This document shows, in pieces, positions 1 to 9,304 of a stretch of 64,000 nt of DNA. Within the stretch, counting starts at the first letter, position 1. Every line of letters starts with the position of its first letter. This stretch comes from an uncultured delta proteobacterium (GTDB lineage Bacteria; Myxococcota; Myxococcia; Myxococcales; Anaeromyxobacteraceae). The notes beneath the pieces were generated by a model, which made no database searches, was not told the DNA's origin, and saw only the letters and a list, made by a program, of their open reading frames with translations. A program made the position numbers and the translations under genes. The stretch covers positions 96,001-160,000 of the forward strand of contig CAWJSR010000006.1 of NCBI GenBank assembly GCA_963845515.1, read 5' to 3'.

Positions 1-1443
1 TTCTGCAACTCGGTCCAGGACACGCTCGACCGGCTCGGCTGCAATCTCTACGACTCCTGGGCCCCGGGCATCGCCCCGGCGGCGCTCGACCTGCAGCTCA
101 CCTCGCTCCGCGGGAGCTGCGACAACCTCCAGGCCTTGGTCGACGCGGGGCACTTCGCCTACGACGAGGGCATCGCCGAGGACTGCCTCTCGGCGCTGGA
201 GGCGAGGGGGTGCCGTTCCATCCACCTCGCGTACTACGGCGCGTGGCCGCTCGCCTGCACCAACGCGCTGAAAGGCAACGTCGCGCCGGGCGGAAGCTGC
301 ACGTACGCGGACACCGGCCCGGTGCAGCAGGGGTCCTACAACGTCACGCTCAACGAGTGCACGCAGGGGAGCACCTGCCTCACGAACGACCTGGCGACCT
401 GCGGCGGTGGCGTCTGCGGCTTCCGGTCGAACGTCCTCGAGAGCTGCGCGGGCAATCACGAATGCCAGCCGTACCTATACTGCGACTACAATGGCGGCTA
501 CGTCTGCCGGCAGTACGTGGGCAGCGGCACAGCGTGCACCAGCTCGACACTCTGCGACCCCGACTACTTCTACTGCAGCGGGGGCTCATGCGCTGCGCTG
601 CCCTCCGCTGGCCAGACCTGTGCCCCTGGCTCCAAGTGCCGCGTGGGCAACTGGTGCAGCTACAGCACCAACGTGTGCACGGCCTATGTCGGCTACAACG
701 CCACCTGCAGCTACTCCTCGGGGCTCATCTGCGCCACGGGGCTCTTCTGTGCCACCGACTCGAAATGCCGCTACTACAACGGCGAAGGCGGCTCCTGTGC
801 TTCGCCCGACCAGTGTGGTTCCTCCGGCAGTATCTCGCTCTACTGCGACGAGACGTCGACCTGTCGCCGATACCCGAGCGCGCCGATGCCTCAGGGAGCG
901 AGCTGCTACAACCTGGGCACCTCATTCTGCGGGGACGGCCTCTTCTGCGACACCACCGGCGCCGTGGGCGCGGCCAACACCTGCCAGCCGAAGGTCGGCG
1001 GCGGCGCCCTCTGTCCAACCTACGAGATGTGCGCTGACGGGTACACCTGTCAGTACGACCCCACGATCGCGGGCAACGCGTGCAGGCGGTTGAAGGGGCT
1101 AGGCGAGAGCTGCGCTTCGATCAACTACGACTACTGCCAGCCCGGACTCTGGTGCGACGAGATGGGGAGCGACACCTGCAAGCTGCCCGGGGGTGCGGGG
1201 CAGCCCTGCGCCAACGGAGGCATGCAGGCCTGCGGCCCCGGCACCTACCCGGACTATGCGACGACCTGCACCTGCAGGGCGTTCCTCGGGGAAGGGGCCG
1301 CCTGCACCTCGAGCTACGAGTGCGGTGAATTCCAGACCGGCCGCAGGTGCCTAACGAGTGGCGGCCCGACCAGCACCTGCCAGACCCTGAGCTGCCGGGT
1401 GCCCGCCGGCTGGCTCGCCGGTGGCAGCGGCGGCGGCTACTAG
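1..1443 (+). CDS. Cys-rich repeat extracellular protein (myxobacterial Dickkopf-like repeats), 5' end outside the window
   Basis: Frame 1 is open from base 1 (FCNSVQDTLDRLGC...) to TAG at 1441-1443. It contains repeated ~35-45 aa units of the form G(E/A)xC...C..GL(F/W)C.....C. Confidence 0.75.
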   Translation, partial: FCNSVQDTLDRLGCNLYDSWAPGIAPAALDLQLTSLRGSCDNLQALVDAGHFAYDEGIAEDCLSALEARGCRSIHLAYYGAWPLACTNALKGNVAPGGSCTYADTGPVQQGSYNVTLNECTQGSTCLTNDLATCGGGVCGFRSNVLESCAGNHECQPYLYCDYNGGYVCRQYVGSGTACTSSTLCDPDYFYCSGGSCAALPSAGQTCAPGSKCRVGNWCSYSTNVCTAYVGYNATCSYSSGLICATGLFCATDSKCRYYNGEGGSCASPDQCGSSGSISLYCDETSTCRRYPSAPMPQGASCYNLGTSFCGDGLFCDTTGAVGAANTCQPKVGGGALCPTYEMCADGYTCQYDPTIAGNACRRLKGLGESCASINYDYCQPGLWCDEMGSDTCKLPGGAGQPCANGGMQACGPGTYPDYATTCTCRAFLGEGAACTSSYECGEFQTGRRCLTSGGPTSTCQTLSCRVPAGWLAGGSGGGY

Positions 1444-3172
1444 AACACCGAACAGTTTGAAAGGGATCTCATCACGCCACCTTGCGCTGGATGGCTTCCA
1501 GATTCTGGATGGCCGAAGCGCGTCGTAGGTCGAAGAGGTTCTTCCGCACGCCGCGGTAGCGCGCGCGGCGGCCCTGCCGCCGGACGAGGTGCGCGAGCTT
1601 GTGCTCGACGCCGACCCGCTCGCGCAGGCGCTCTCGCCCGCGCGGGGTGGCGAGGTGCTTGCGGAGGCGGTGCTGGAGTCGCTCGTCCTCGGCGATGTTG
1701 ACGGAGCGCCCCGTGCCGGGTGCAGCGGCCGTGCACTTGGCGCGCTGGGGGCAGTGGTCGCAGGCTTCGGGGTCGAACTCCGTCACGGAGCCGAACTCGA
1801 TCGGCTCCACCTCGCCTGCTGGGCAGGTGATGGTGAGGTCGCGCATGTTGATCTTGAACGCGGCCTTGGTGAAAGCCCTCTTGCTCCTCGGGATCCAGGG
1901 ACGTGCAGACGATCTCGCCGCCGCGGCCCAGCACTTCGTCGACGAGCGCCGCCTTCACGTAGCCGCGGTCGATGAAGAGGGCGTCGATCTTGAGCCCCTG
2001 CTTCTCGATGTCGCCGGCCAGGTCGGGAGCGGCCTCGTCCTCGGGTCGGTTCGCCGGCGTGATCGCCCCGGAGAGAATGAGGCCGGAGTCCAGGTCGGTC
2101 GCGATGTGCCGCTTGTACCCGTTGAACCGCTTCGACTTGCTCTTGCGGCCGTGCCGCATCTCCCTGTCCTCGACGGAGACGCGGCGGTCCGGAGCGACGC
2201 CGTCCCGAATCTTCATCGCCGCCGCCGTCGGGATCCGGCTCGAGGTCCTGGTCGATGAGCTGCGCGAGGCTCTCGATCTCGTCTTTGAGCGGCGGCTTCT
2301 TCAACTCCTGCTTGAGATTCGTGGCGATCCAATCCTGAAGGTTCGCCAGTTGCATCGCGAGCACCCGGGCAGCCGACGCCTTCTGTGCCGGGTCGCTCCA
2401 GTCGAGGTCGAGCGCCTTCTTCACGCTCGACTCCGCGAGCAGCGGGGCGCCTGCCTCCAGGCACACCCGCTCCATCGACCAGTCCAGCATCCCTGCCGCG
2501 CACTCGACCACCTTCCGGCCGGCGTGCCCGAGCAGGTTGATGGTGTCCTCCACCCGACCGGCTCCTTCGAGCGGTGCCGAGTCGATGGCCACGCGGAGCG
2601 TCTTCGGCAGCTTCTTCCAGTCGAACTCCTCCGTGCGCTTCGCCAACTCGACCGTGCGCTCCAGCAGTCGCCGGTCCATGTCGTGCGCGATGAGCCGCTC
2701 GCGGAAGCCCTGCAGCGCGCCCTGCGAGAACGGTGGCTCAGTCGCGCCCAGGCAGTCGAGGACCATCTGCCACCGTAGGTCGAGAACCGTCGCCTCGACG
2801 GCGTCGAAGTCCGACAACCCGACGTAGCCCTGGAGCAAGAGCGCCATGGCGAGCTGCGCGGGCGGAACCGGGTCCTTGCCGGCCCCCGTGTCGCGGTACA
2901 TCGACTCCAGCTCCGCCTGGAACTTGTCGTCGAAGATCTCGTGCCGGTGCCTGCGCAGGAAGCCGAACAGCTTCCTCCTCTTCTCCAGCCGCTTCAGGAT
3001 GAACTGCTCCTGCCGCGTCACCGCCTGCTCCGGCTCCCAACGCTCCATCGCCACCTCCGCGCGGGCGAGGGCCCGCTCGAAGGCAAAGAGGATCACGGCC
3101 GGATGGGACCTGTCGATCCTCCCTGCGTAAGCGATGGGAATCATGGGGACTTCAACCCGATCGGTGCTCTAG
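1440..3172 (-). mobile_element. IS1182-family insertion sequence
   Basis: Imperfect terminal inverted repeats: ctagaacaccgaacagtttgaa from 1440 versus the reverse complement of ttcaacccgatcggtgctctag ending at 3172 (18/22 match, including the terminal CTAG). CTAG at both ends (1440-1443, 3169-3172) is the probable target duplication. The element encloses a transposase. Confidence 0.8.
1472..3048 (-). CDS. IS1182-family DDE transposase, split by two frameshifts (~2220 and ~1900)
   Basis: ATG at 3048 follows GGAGGT. N-terminal DUF772-like segment (MYRDTGAGKDPVPPAQLAMALLLQ...LSD...RWQ), then AIDSAP, FNGYKRH and DRGY motifs. The C-terminal CxxCP..C...R.GVEHK segment lies in ORF 1472-1846. Confidence 0.8.
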
Positions 3173-3181
3173 CGGGGTCCG

Positions 3182-3856
3182 CTAGGGCAGGACCCGCTCC
3201 ACCCAGGTCTTCATGATCGGCCGCCCCTCGACGCCCGCCACCGCGGGGGCGTCGTACTCGGCGACCGCCTCGAGCCCCGCGCGCGGCGTGTAGTGGCGCC
3301 CGGGATCTCCGGCGAGGACGAGCGCTCCACGCGCGGCCAGGCTCTGCAGCCACGGGAGGGCGCGCTCGGCCATCCTGCGCTCGTAGAAGATGTCGCCGGC
3401 GAGCACGACGTCGAACCCGACCAGCGGATCGCCGATCGCGTCGCCCAGCCGGAACTCGACCACGACGCCGTTGGCCGCGGCGTTGTGACGGACCGCGGCC
3501 TCGCAGTGTGGATCCAGGTCGAGCGCCAGCACCCGCGCAGCGCCAGCGCGCGCGGCGGCGATCGCGACGAGGCCGCTGCCGGTCGCGAAGTCCGCGACGG
3601 CGCGCCCCGCGACGACCTCCGGGTGATCGAGGACGTGGCGCGCGAGCGCCTGCCCGCCTGCCCACGGCACGGACCAGTAGGGCAGGTCGGGCCAGCCGGC
3701 CGGATCCTTGATCGACGTCTCCCACAGTGCCGCGGCGTCTTCCGCCTGGAGGAGCACGATCTCGGGGACGAGCGGCACGGGGGCCGGCGACGTCAGCCGA
3801 CGGATGAACTCCCCCATTGGGTCGCACTCGTCTGTATTGTCTGCCGCGCTCGTCAC
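3182..3856 (-). CDS. SAM-dependent (protein-lysine type) methyltransferase
   Basis: PYWSVPWAGGQALAR, DFATGSGL (motif I) and LAGDIFYE motifs. Confidence 0.8.
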   Translation of the reverse strand: MTSAADNTDECDPMGEFIRRLTSPAPVPLVPEIVLLQAEDAAALWETSIKDPAGWPDLPYWSVPWAGGQALARHVLDHPEVVAGRAVADFATGSGLVAIAAARAGAARVLALDLDPHCEAAVRHNAAANGVVVEFRLGDAIGDPLVGFDVVLAGDIFYERRMAERALPWLQSLAARGALVLAGDPGRHYTPRAGLEAVAEYDAPAVAGVEGRPIMKTWVERVLP

Positions 3857-3950
3857 CGAAGGCCTCTCATGGGACCGCGGAACCTACACCGCGCCGGTGC
3901 TCCCATGGTATCTGCAATGACGATTCCGAACCCGCCCAGGGAGCGTCTCC

Positions 3951-5111
3951 ATGCGCAATATCGTCCTTGCAGCCGCGGTCGCGCTGACCATCGCAGCAGC
4001 TGGCTGCGGCTCCTCCCGGCCCGCCGAGGGCCGTGACGCCGGGTGCGGCTCCTGCCACGGCTTCCCGCCGGCGACAGCGACGCACGCGTCGGCGCCAGGC
4101 GGCACCTGGGAGGCCACGGAGTGCGCGGTCTGCCACGTGACGAGCGTGAACGCGACCACCGGCGAGGTCATCCCTGTCTCCGCTGGCGGGACGCACGCCA
4201 ACGGGACCGTCGAGGGCCGCCATCCGGTCCCCTATCCCTCCGAGCAACATGGCCCCGCCGCCATCGCGAACCTCGGTTCGTGCAAGGCGTGCCACGGCGC
4301 GGACCTGCTCGGCGGCACCGCCGGTGTCTCCTGCAACCAGTGCCACAACGGCTGGCAGACCAACTGCACCTTCTGTCATGACGCGGTCGCCGATGCGCCC
4401 AACTTCCACACGCGCATCTCTGCCTCCGCTGTCAGCCCGCCGGAGTGCTCCGCTTGCCACGGCACCGGCTACTCCGCCTCGGCGCAGACCGTCAACGAGA
4501 CCACCCACATGAACGGCACGCGCGACATCCCTGGCGTCACGTGCACGAGCTGCCACGGCACGGGGGATGGCTCGGTTCTCGCCGGAACGCGGCGCCGCCA
4601 CTCGACGTGTACGGGGGGACGAACGTTGCGAAGGTCGGCGCCCATGCAGCGCACCTGGATGGACTGACCTACTCGAACGGCATCGCGTGCGCCAGCTGCC
4701 ACGCCACGGCGGGAACCTACGCCGTCAAGCACGCCGACGGTGTCGCCAACGTGGCCTTCACGGCGGCGATCGTGGCGGGCGGGACGTACGCGAGCGGGAC
4801 CTGCAGCTCGACGTACTGCCACGGGACGTTCACCGGCGGCACCAGCGCCGCCCCGACGTGGGACGGCTCCGTGACCTGCACCTCCTGCCACGCCAACCCG
4901 CCCGCGACCGGCAGGCACGCCCTGCACATGGCCCGGACCTTCATCAGCGTGCTCCTCGTGCCACGAGGGGTATGCGACGACGCAGGCCAACAGCGCCGTC
5001 ACCGTCAACAAGGCCGTCCACGTCAACGGCACGGAGGACGTCGCCGCGTTCTTCGACACGACCACGCGGACCTGTGGCGGTTGCCACGCCGTAGGCAGCG
5101 AGAGCTGGTAG
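3951..5111 (+). CDS. Multiheme cytochrome c lipoprotein with CxxxxCH/CxxCH module (about 12 heme motifs; two frameshifts)
   Basis: Lipoprotein signal MRNIVLAAAVALTIAAAGC and seven CxxCH in ORF 3951-4667. After a shift at ~4585: CASCH, CSSTYCH, CTSCH. After a shift at ~4950: CSSCH and CGGCH, ending ESW-TAG at 5111. Confidence 0.85.
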
Positions 5112-5138
5112 CCGTCAAGGCGCGCTGTTGAAGGGCTC

Positions 5139-5182
5139 CGCGGGAGGCCCGGACGTCCGTCCGGCGCCTCCCGCGCCATTTC
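5139..5182 (+). terminator. Long GC hairpin, probable terminator of the cytochrome gene
   Basis: cgcgggaggc-ccggacg pairs with cgtccgg-c-gcctcccgcg, followed by ccatttc. Confidence 0.5.
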
Positions 5183-5214
5183 GTGCCTCGGACCCCTCCT
5201 GCCGTCGGTTCGGC

Positions 5215-5243
5215 TTGAGGCCCGCGCGCGCGGAACCTAGAAT
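5215..5243 (+). promoter_or_regulatory. Sigma70-type promoter for gpmI
   Basis: TTGAGG-17 nt-TAGAAT, about 40 nt upstream of the GTG start. Confidence 0.5.
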
Positions 5244-5285
5244 CCCGCACCCCCTGGATCCAGCGCTCCCCAATTGGAGGGACTC

Positions 5286-6840
5286 GTGTCAAAAGTGAAG
5301 CCCGTCCTGCTCGTCGTCCTCGACGGCTGGGGCAACCGCGCCGAGCGCGAAGCCAACGCCATCGCCATCGCGGGGACGCCGAACTTCGACGCGCTCGCCA
5401 ACGCGTTTCCCACCACGCAGGTCGAGACCTCCGGCAACGCCGTCGGCCTCCCCGACGGGCAGATGGGCAACTCCGAGGTGGGCCACATGAACCTCGGCGC
5501 CGGGCGCGTCGTCTACCAGGATCTCGTCCGGATCAACCGGGCCGTGGCCGACGGGGAGCTCTTCGAGAACGAGGCGCTCGTGGCCGCCTGCCGCAAGGCG
5601 AAGGCCGCTGGCGGCGCGGTCCACTTCATGGGGCTCCTCTCCGACGGCGGCGTACACAGCCAGCAGGAGCACCTCTACGCGCTGCTGGAGCTCGCGCGGC
5701 GCGAGGGGGTGGCGCGCGCCTGCGTGCACGCCTTCATGGACGGGCGCGACACGCCGCCGAAGTCGGGCATCGAGTACATGCGGCAGCTCAAGGCGCGGAT
5801 CGCGAAGACCGGCTACGGCACGCTCGCCACCGTGATGGGGCGCTTCTTCGCGATGGACCGCGACAAGCGGTGGGACCGGGTCGAGCAGGCGTACGCCGCG
5901 ATGGTGCGCGGCGAGGGGGTGAAGGCCAAGGGCGGCGTCGCCGCCCTGGAGCACGCCTACGCGGCGAACGAGACGGACGAGTTCGTCCGCCCGACCGTGG
6001 TCGTCGACGCCGACGGCAAGCCCAACGGGACCATCCGGGACGGCGACGCGATCGTCTTCTTCAACTTCCGCGCCGACCGCGCCCGGGAGATCACCCGCGC
6101 CTTCACCGACCCGGCGTTCAAGGACTTCGAGCGCGACGACGCGCCGAAGCTGTCGGCCTACGTCTGCCTGACGGAGTACGACAGGTCGTTCGGCCTGCCC
6201 GTGGCCTTCACCGCGCAGAGCCTGGACAGGATCTTCCCGCAGCTCGTCTCGGATGCCGGGCTCGCGCAGCTCCGCTGCGCGGAGACCGAGAAGTACGCGC
6301 ACGTCACCTTCTTCTTCAACGGAGGGCGTGAGCTGGTCTTCCCCGGTGAGGACCGGATCCTCGTCCCGAGCCCGCGCGACGTGAAGACGTACGACCAGAA
6401 GCCGGAGATGAGCGCGCGCGAGGTGGCGGACAAGCTGGTCGGCGCGATCGGCTCCGGCAAGTACGGGCTCATCGTCGCCAACTTCGCGAACCCCGACATG
6501 GTCGGCCACACCGGCGTCCTCGAGGCGGCCGTGAAGGCCGTGAAGGTCGTCGACGAGTGCGTCGGGCGGCTCTGCGGCGGCGGCGAAGAAGGCGGAGATG
6601 GCCATGATCGTGACCGCCGATCACGGCAACTGCGAGATGATGGTCGACCCGGTGACGGGTGAGCCGCACACCGCCCACACGCTCAACCCCGTCCCGTTCA
6701 TCCTCGGCCTGCGCCGACTTCAAGGGGGCGAAGCTCCGCTCCACCGGCGTCCTCGCCGATGTCGGCTCCGACCGCGCCTGCAGATCATGGGGCTGCCGCA
6801 GCCTGCCGAGATGAAGGGGCTGGGGCTGCTGCTCAGGTAG
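5286..6840 (+). CDS. gpmI: 2,3-bisphosphoglycerate-independent phosphoglycerate mutase (C-terminal frameshifts, likely sequencing errors)
   Basis: [47 protein letters not shown] and NPDMVGHTG motifs. TADHGNCE...HTAHT continues in ORF 6598-6840. Confidence 0.92.
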
Positions 6841-7089
6841 CGCCGTCCGTCGTCCCGGCGCGGGTTCGCTGCCGCTCGAAGTGTCGCTCACGACCTGCCG
6901 CGAGGCGGGGCGCGGTCGCGAGGTGCGACTCGCGCCTACGCCGGCCCCGCCCATCGGCGGCTATTCACCGGGAGCGCCGGCGTCCTATACGCGTACGTGT
7001 CGTTCGGATCGTGTGGACACGGCCGCGAGGAACGTCCCACCTCGCGCTGCACGGGACGCGCGCTGGGACCACGAGAGAGGCGCCACAGG

Positions 7090-8066
7090 ATCGATCACGC
7101 ATCGCGAACACCGCACCACCTTCGCATCGCTCCCGCTGCTCCTGGCGCTCGCCGCGTGCGGCCCCGCCGCAGTGACCCGCGTCGAGGTCGCCGTCGCGCC
7201 ATCGGTGCGCAGGCCGTGCCCGGCGGAACGGTGACCTTCGCGGCGTCGGTCACCGGCGCCGTCGACGCGCTCCGTCGACTGGGTCGTGCTCGAGGCTGGC
7301 GGCGGCTCCGTCGACGCGTCCGGCGCCTACACCCGCCCACGGAGCCAGGCACCTACCACGTGCGCGCGAGCAGCAAGACCAAGCCGGCAGCCCAGGGGCA
7401 GGCGACGGTCTCGGTCGGCCCGGTGGCCGTCGCCGTCGCGCCTGCCACCGCGTCGATCGTCGCCGGCGGCCAGGTCACCTTCGGCGCGGTCGTGACCGGC
7501 GCCAGCAATCCGGCGGTGACCTGGTCGGTCCTCGAGCCCGGCTGCGGTGCGGTCACCGCGGCCGGCGTCTACACTGCGCCGGCGGCGGCGGGCACCTGCC
7601 ACGTGATCGCCGCGAGCGCCGCGGTCCCCGGCAAGAGCGGCTCCGCCACCGTCACCGTCGCCGCGCCGCCGGTCGTCCCGGTCGTCTCGGTCGCGGTCGA
7701 GCCCGCCAGCGCCGCCCTCGACGCCTGCCGCGCCGTGAGCCTCTCCGCCACCGTGACCGGCACCTCCAACGGCGCGGTGACGTGGAGCGTCGCCGAGCGG
7801 GCGGCTGGCGGTGCGATCACGAGCGCCGGCGTCTACACGGCCCCAGCGACCGCCGGCACCTACCACGCCGTCGCGGCGAGCCAGGCCGATCCGGCCAGGA
7901 CCGCCACGGCCACGATCGTGGTCTCGAGCGGGTGCTCGCGGTGGCGCTGAGCCCCGCGACCGTCTCGGTCCCGCAGGGCGGCACGGCGCAGTTCACGGCG
8001 ACGGTGACGACCAGCTGCGGCACGACCACCGCGATCCGGACCGTGACGGCGGCCGGCACGCTCTAG
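7090..8066 (+). CDS. Ig-like (Big_2-type) repeat lipoprotein, several frameshifts, start approximate
   Basis: Lipobox LLLALAAC. Three to four repeats of V.V.P....V..G..VTF.A.VTG..N.AVTWSV....G.VT.AGVYTAP...GT.HV.A.S are spread over ORFs 6881, 6997 and 7782. Confidence 0.7.
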
Positions 8067-8081
8067 TTTGTTGGCGACGTC

Positions 8082-8118
8082 CCCTCTCCCTCATCGAGGG
8101 AGAGGGCGGGGGTGAGGG
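8082..8118. repeat. REP-like palindrome (CCCTCTCCC...GGGAGAGGG family), copy 1
   Basis: ccctctccctc-atc-gagggagaggg followed by cgggggtgaggg; related to the copies at 31517 and 38393. Confidence 0.65.
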
Positions 8119-8231
8119 CAGCGCGTGGCGAGGCGTCGCGGCGTGCGTGTCGGCGCCACCTCGGTCGGCATGTTCGCGGCGGATCGCGTGACCTGAGGCG
8201 GCGCCACCCGCGTCGACGGATCGCGATTGTC

Positions 8232-8436
8232 GACGCCGCCCCAGGTCGGGCGCGGGCGGACCGAGCGACGGCGTAACGGCAGGGAGCCTTCCGGGCCAAC
8301 GGCGCCGTCGAGGGGCGGGAGGTGGTGATCGTGGACGACGTCGTGACGACCGGCGCGACGGCGGACGCCGCGGCGAGGGCGCTCCTGGACGCGGGAGCCA
8401 CGCGCGTCCGGTGGCCGCGCTGGCCGGTCGCAGTGA
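8232..8436 (+). pseudogene. Degenerate copy of the 3' end of comF
   Basis: Translates, with small shifts, to TPPQVGRGRTERRRN..GAFRANGAVEGREVVIVDDVVTTGATADAAARALLDAGATRV. This matches the protein encoded by 8996-9202. Confidence 0.8.
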
Positions 8437-8473
8437 CCCTCCGCGCGGCGCTCCTGCCGCACGGAGGTTCCGC

Positions 8474-9202
8474 ATGTTCGACTCGCTCCGCGTCTCCGCC
8501 TCGTCCGCGGCGGCCGCGCTTCGTCCGCTCGCCCGCTCCCTGGCCGAGCTGGCCTGGCCACCGCGCTGCGCGGGGTGCCGCGCCACGTGCGACCAGGAGC
8601 CCTTCTGCCCGGCCTGCGAGGACGCGCTCCTGGAGGTCCAGTCGGGCTGCGGACGCTGCGGCCTGCCGGGCCCCGGCGCCGTCTGCGGCGCCTGCTTCGC
8701 CTCGCCGCCCGCCTTCTCCTCGGTGCGCGCCGGCGGGCTCTTCGGCGGGCCGCTCGCGGACGCCGTGCACGCGCTCAAGTACGGTGACCGGCCTGCACTG
8801 GCACGACCGCTCGGGGCGTGGCTCGCCCGGCGAGTGGCCCTCCCGCGCGGGGCGGCGATCGTCTCCGTGCCCCTCGGCCGGCGCCGCCGGCTCGAGCGGG
8901 GCTACGATCAGGCGTCGCTCCTGGCCGACGAGCTCGCGTCGGCCGCAGGGAGGGCGGAGGGGCGGCTGCACGGGGTCCTTCTGAGGATCCGGGAGACGGC
9001 GCCGCAGGTGGGGCGGGGGAGGAGCGAGCGGCAGCGGAACGTGCGCGGAGCCTTCTGGGCGAACGGCTCGGTCGAGGGGCGCGAGCTGGTGCTGGTCGAC
9101 GACGTCGTGACGACGGGCGCCACCGCCGATGCAGCGGCGAGGGCGTTGCTCGACGCCGGCGCTGCGCGCGTCACGGTCGTGGCGCTCGCCAGGGCCGAGT
9201 AG
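8474..9202 (+). CDS. comF: ComF family protein (double zinc ribbon + phosphoribosyltransferase)
   Basis: ATG at 8474 after GGAGG. PPRCAGC, CPAC, CGRC and CGAC zinc motifs, then LKYG, RGYDQ and LVDDVVTTGAT. Confidence 0.9.
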   Translation: MFDSLRVSASSAAAALRPLARSLAELAWPPRCAGCRATCDQEPFCPACEDALLEVQSGCGRCGLPGPGAVCGACFASPPAFSSVRAGGLFGGPLADAVHALKYGDRPALARPLGAWLARRVALPRGAAIVSVPLGRRRRLERGYDQASLLADELASAAGRAEGRLHGVLLRIRETAPQVGRGRSERQRNVRGAFWANGSVEGRELVLVDDVVTTGATADAAARALLDAGAARVTVVALARAE

Positions 9203-9304
9203 CCGCTGGGCCCGGGGTGGCGGGGCCCTCCCCACGGTCCCGGCGAGAAAGGTGTGCGCTCGGAGGAAGTGCAAAGGGAGCCCGCGCGTTATCCTCTCGG
9301 CTCC

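Noticed and set aside
8232..9202. comF repeat as a diversity-generating retroelement TR/VR pair
   Set aside because: Differences are mostly synonymous and not adenine-specific, and there is no reverse transcriptase in the window.
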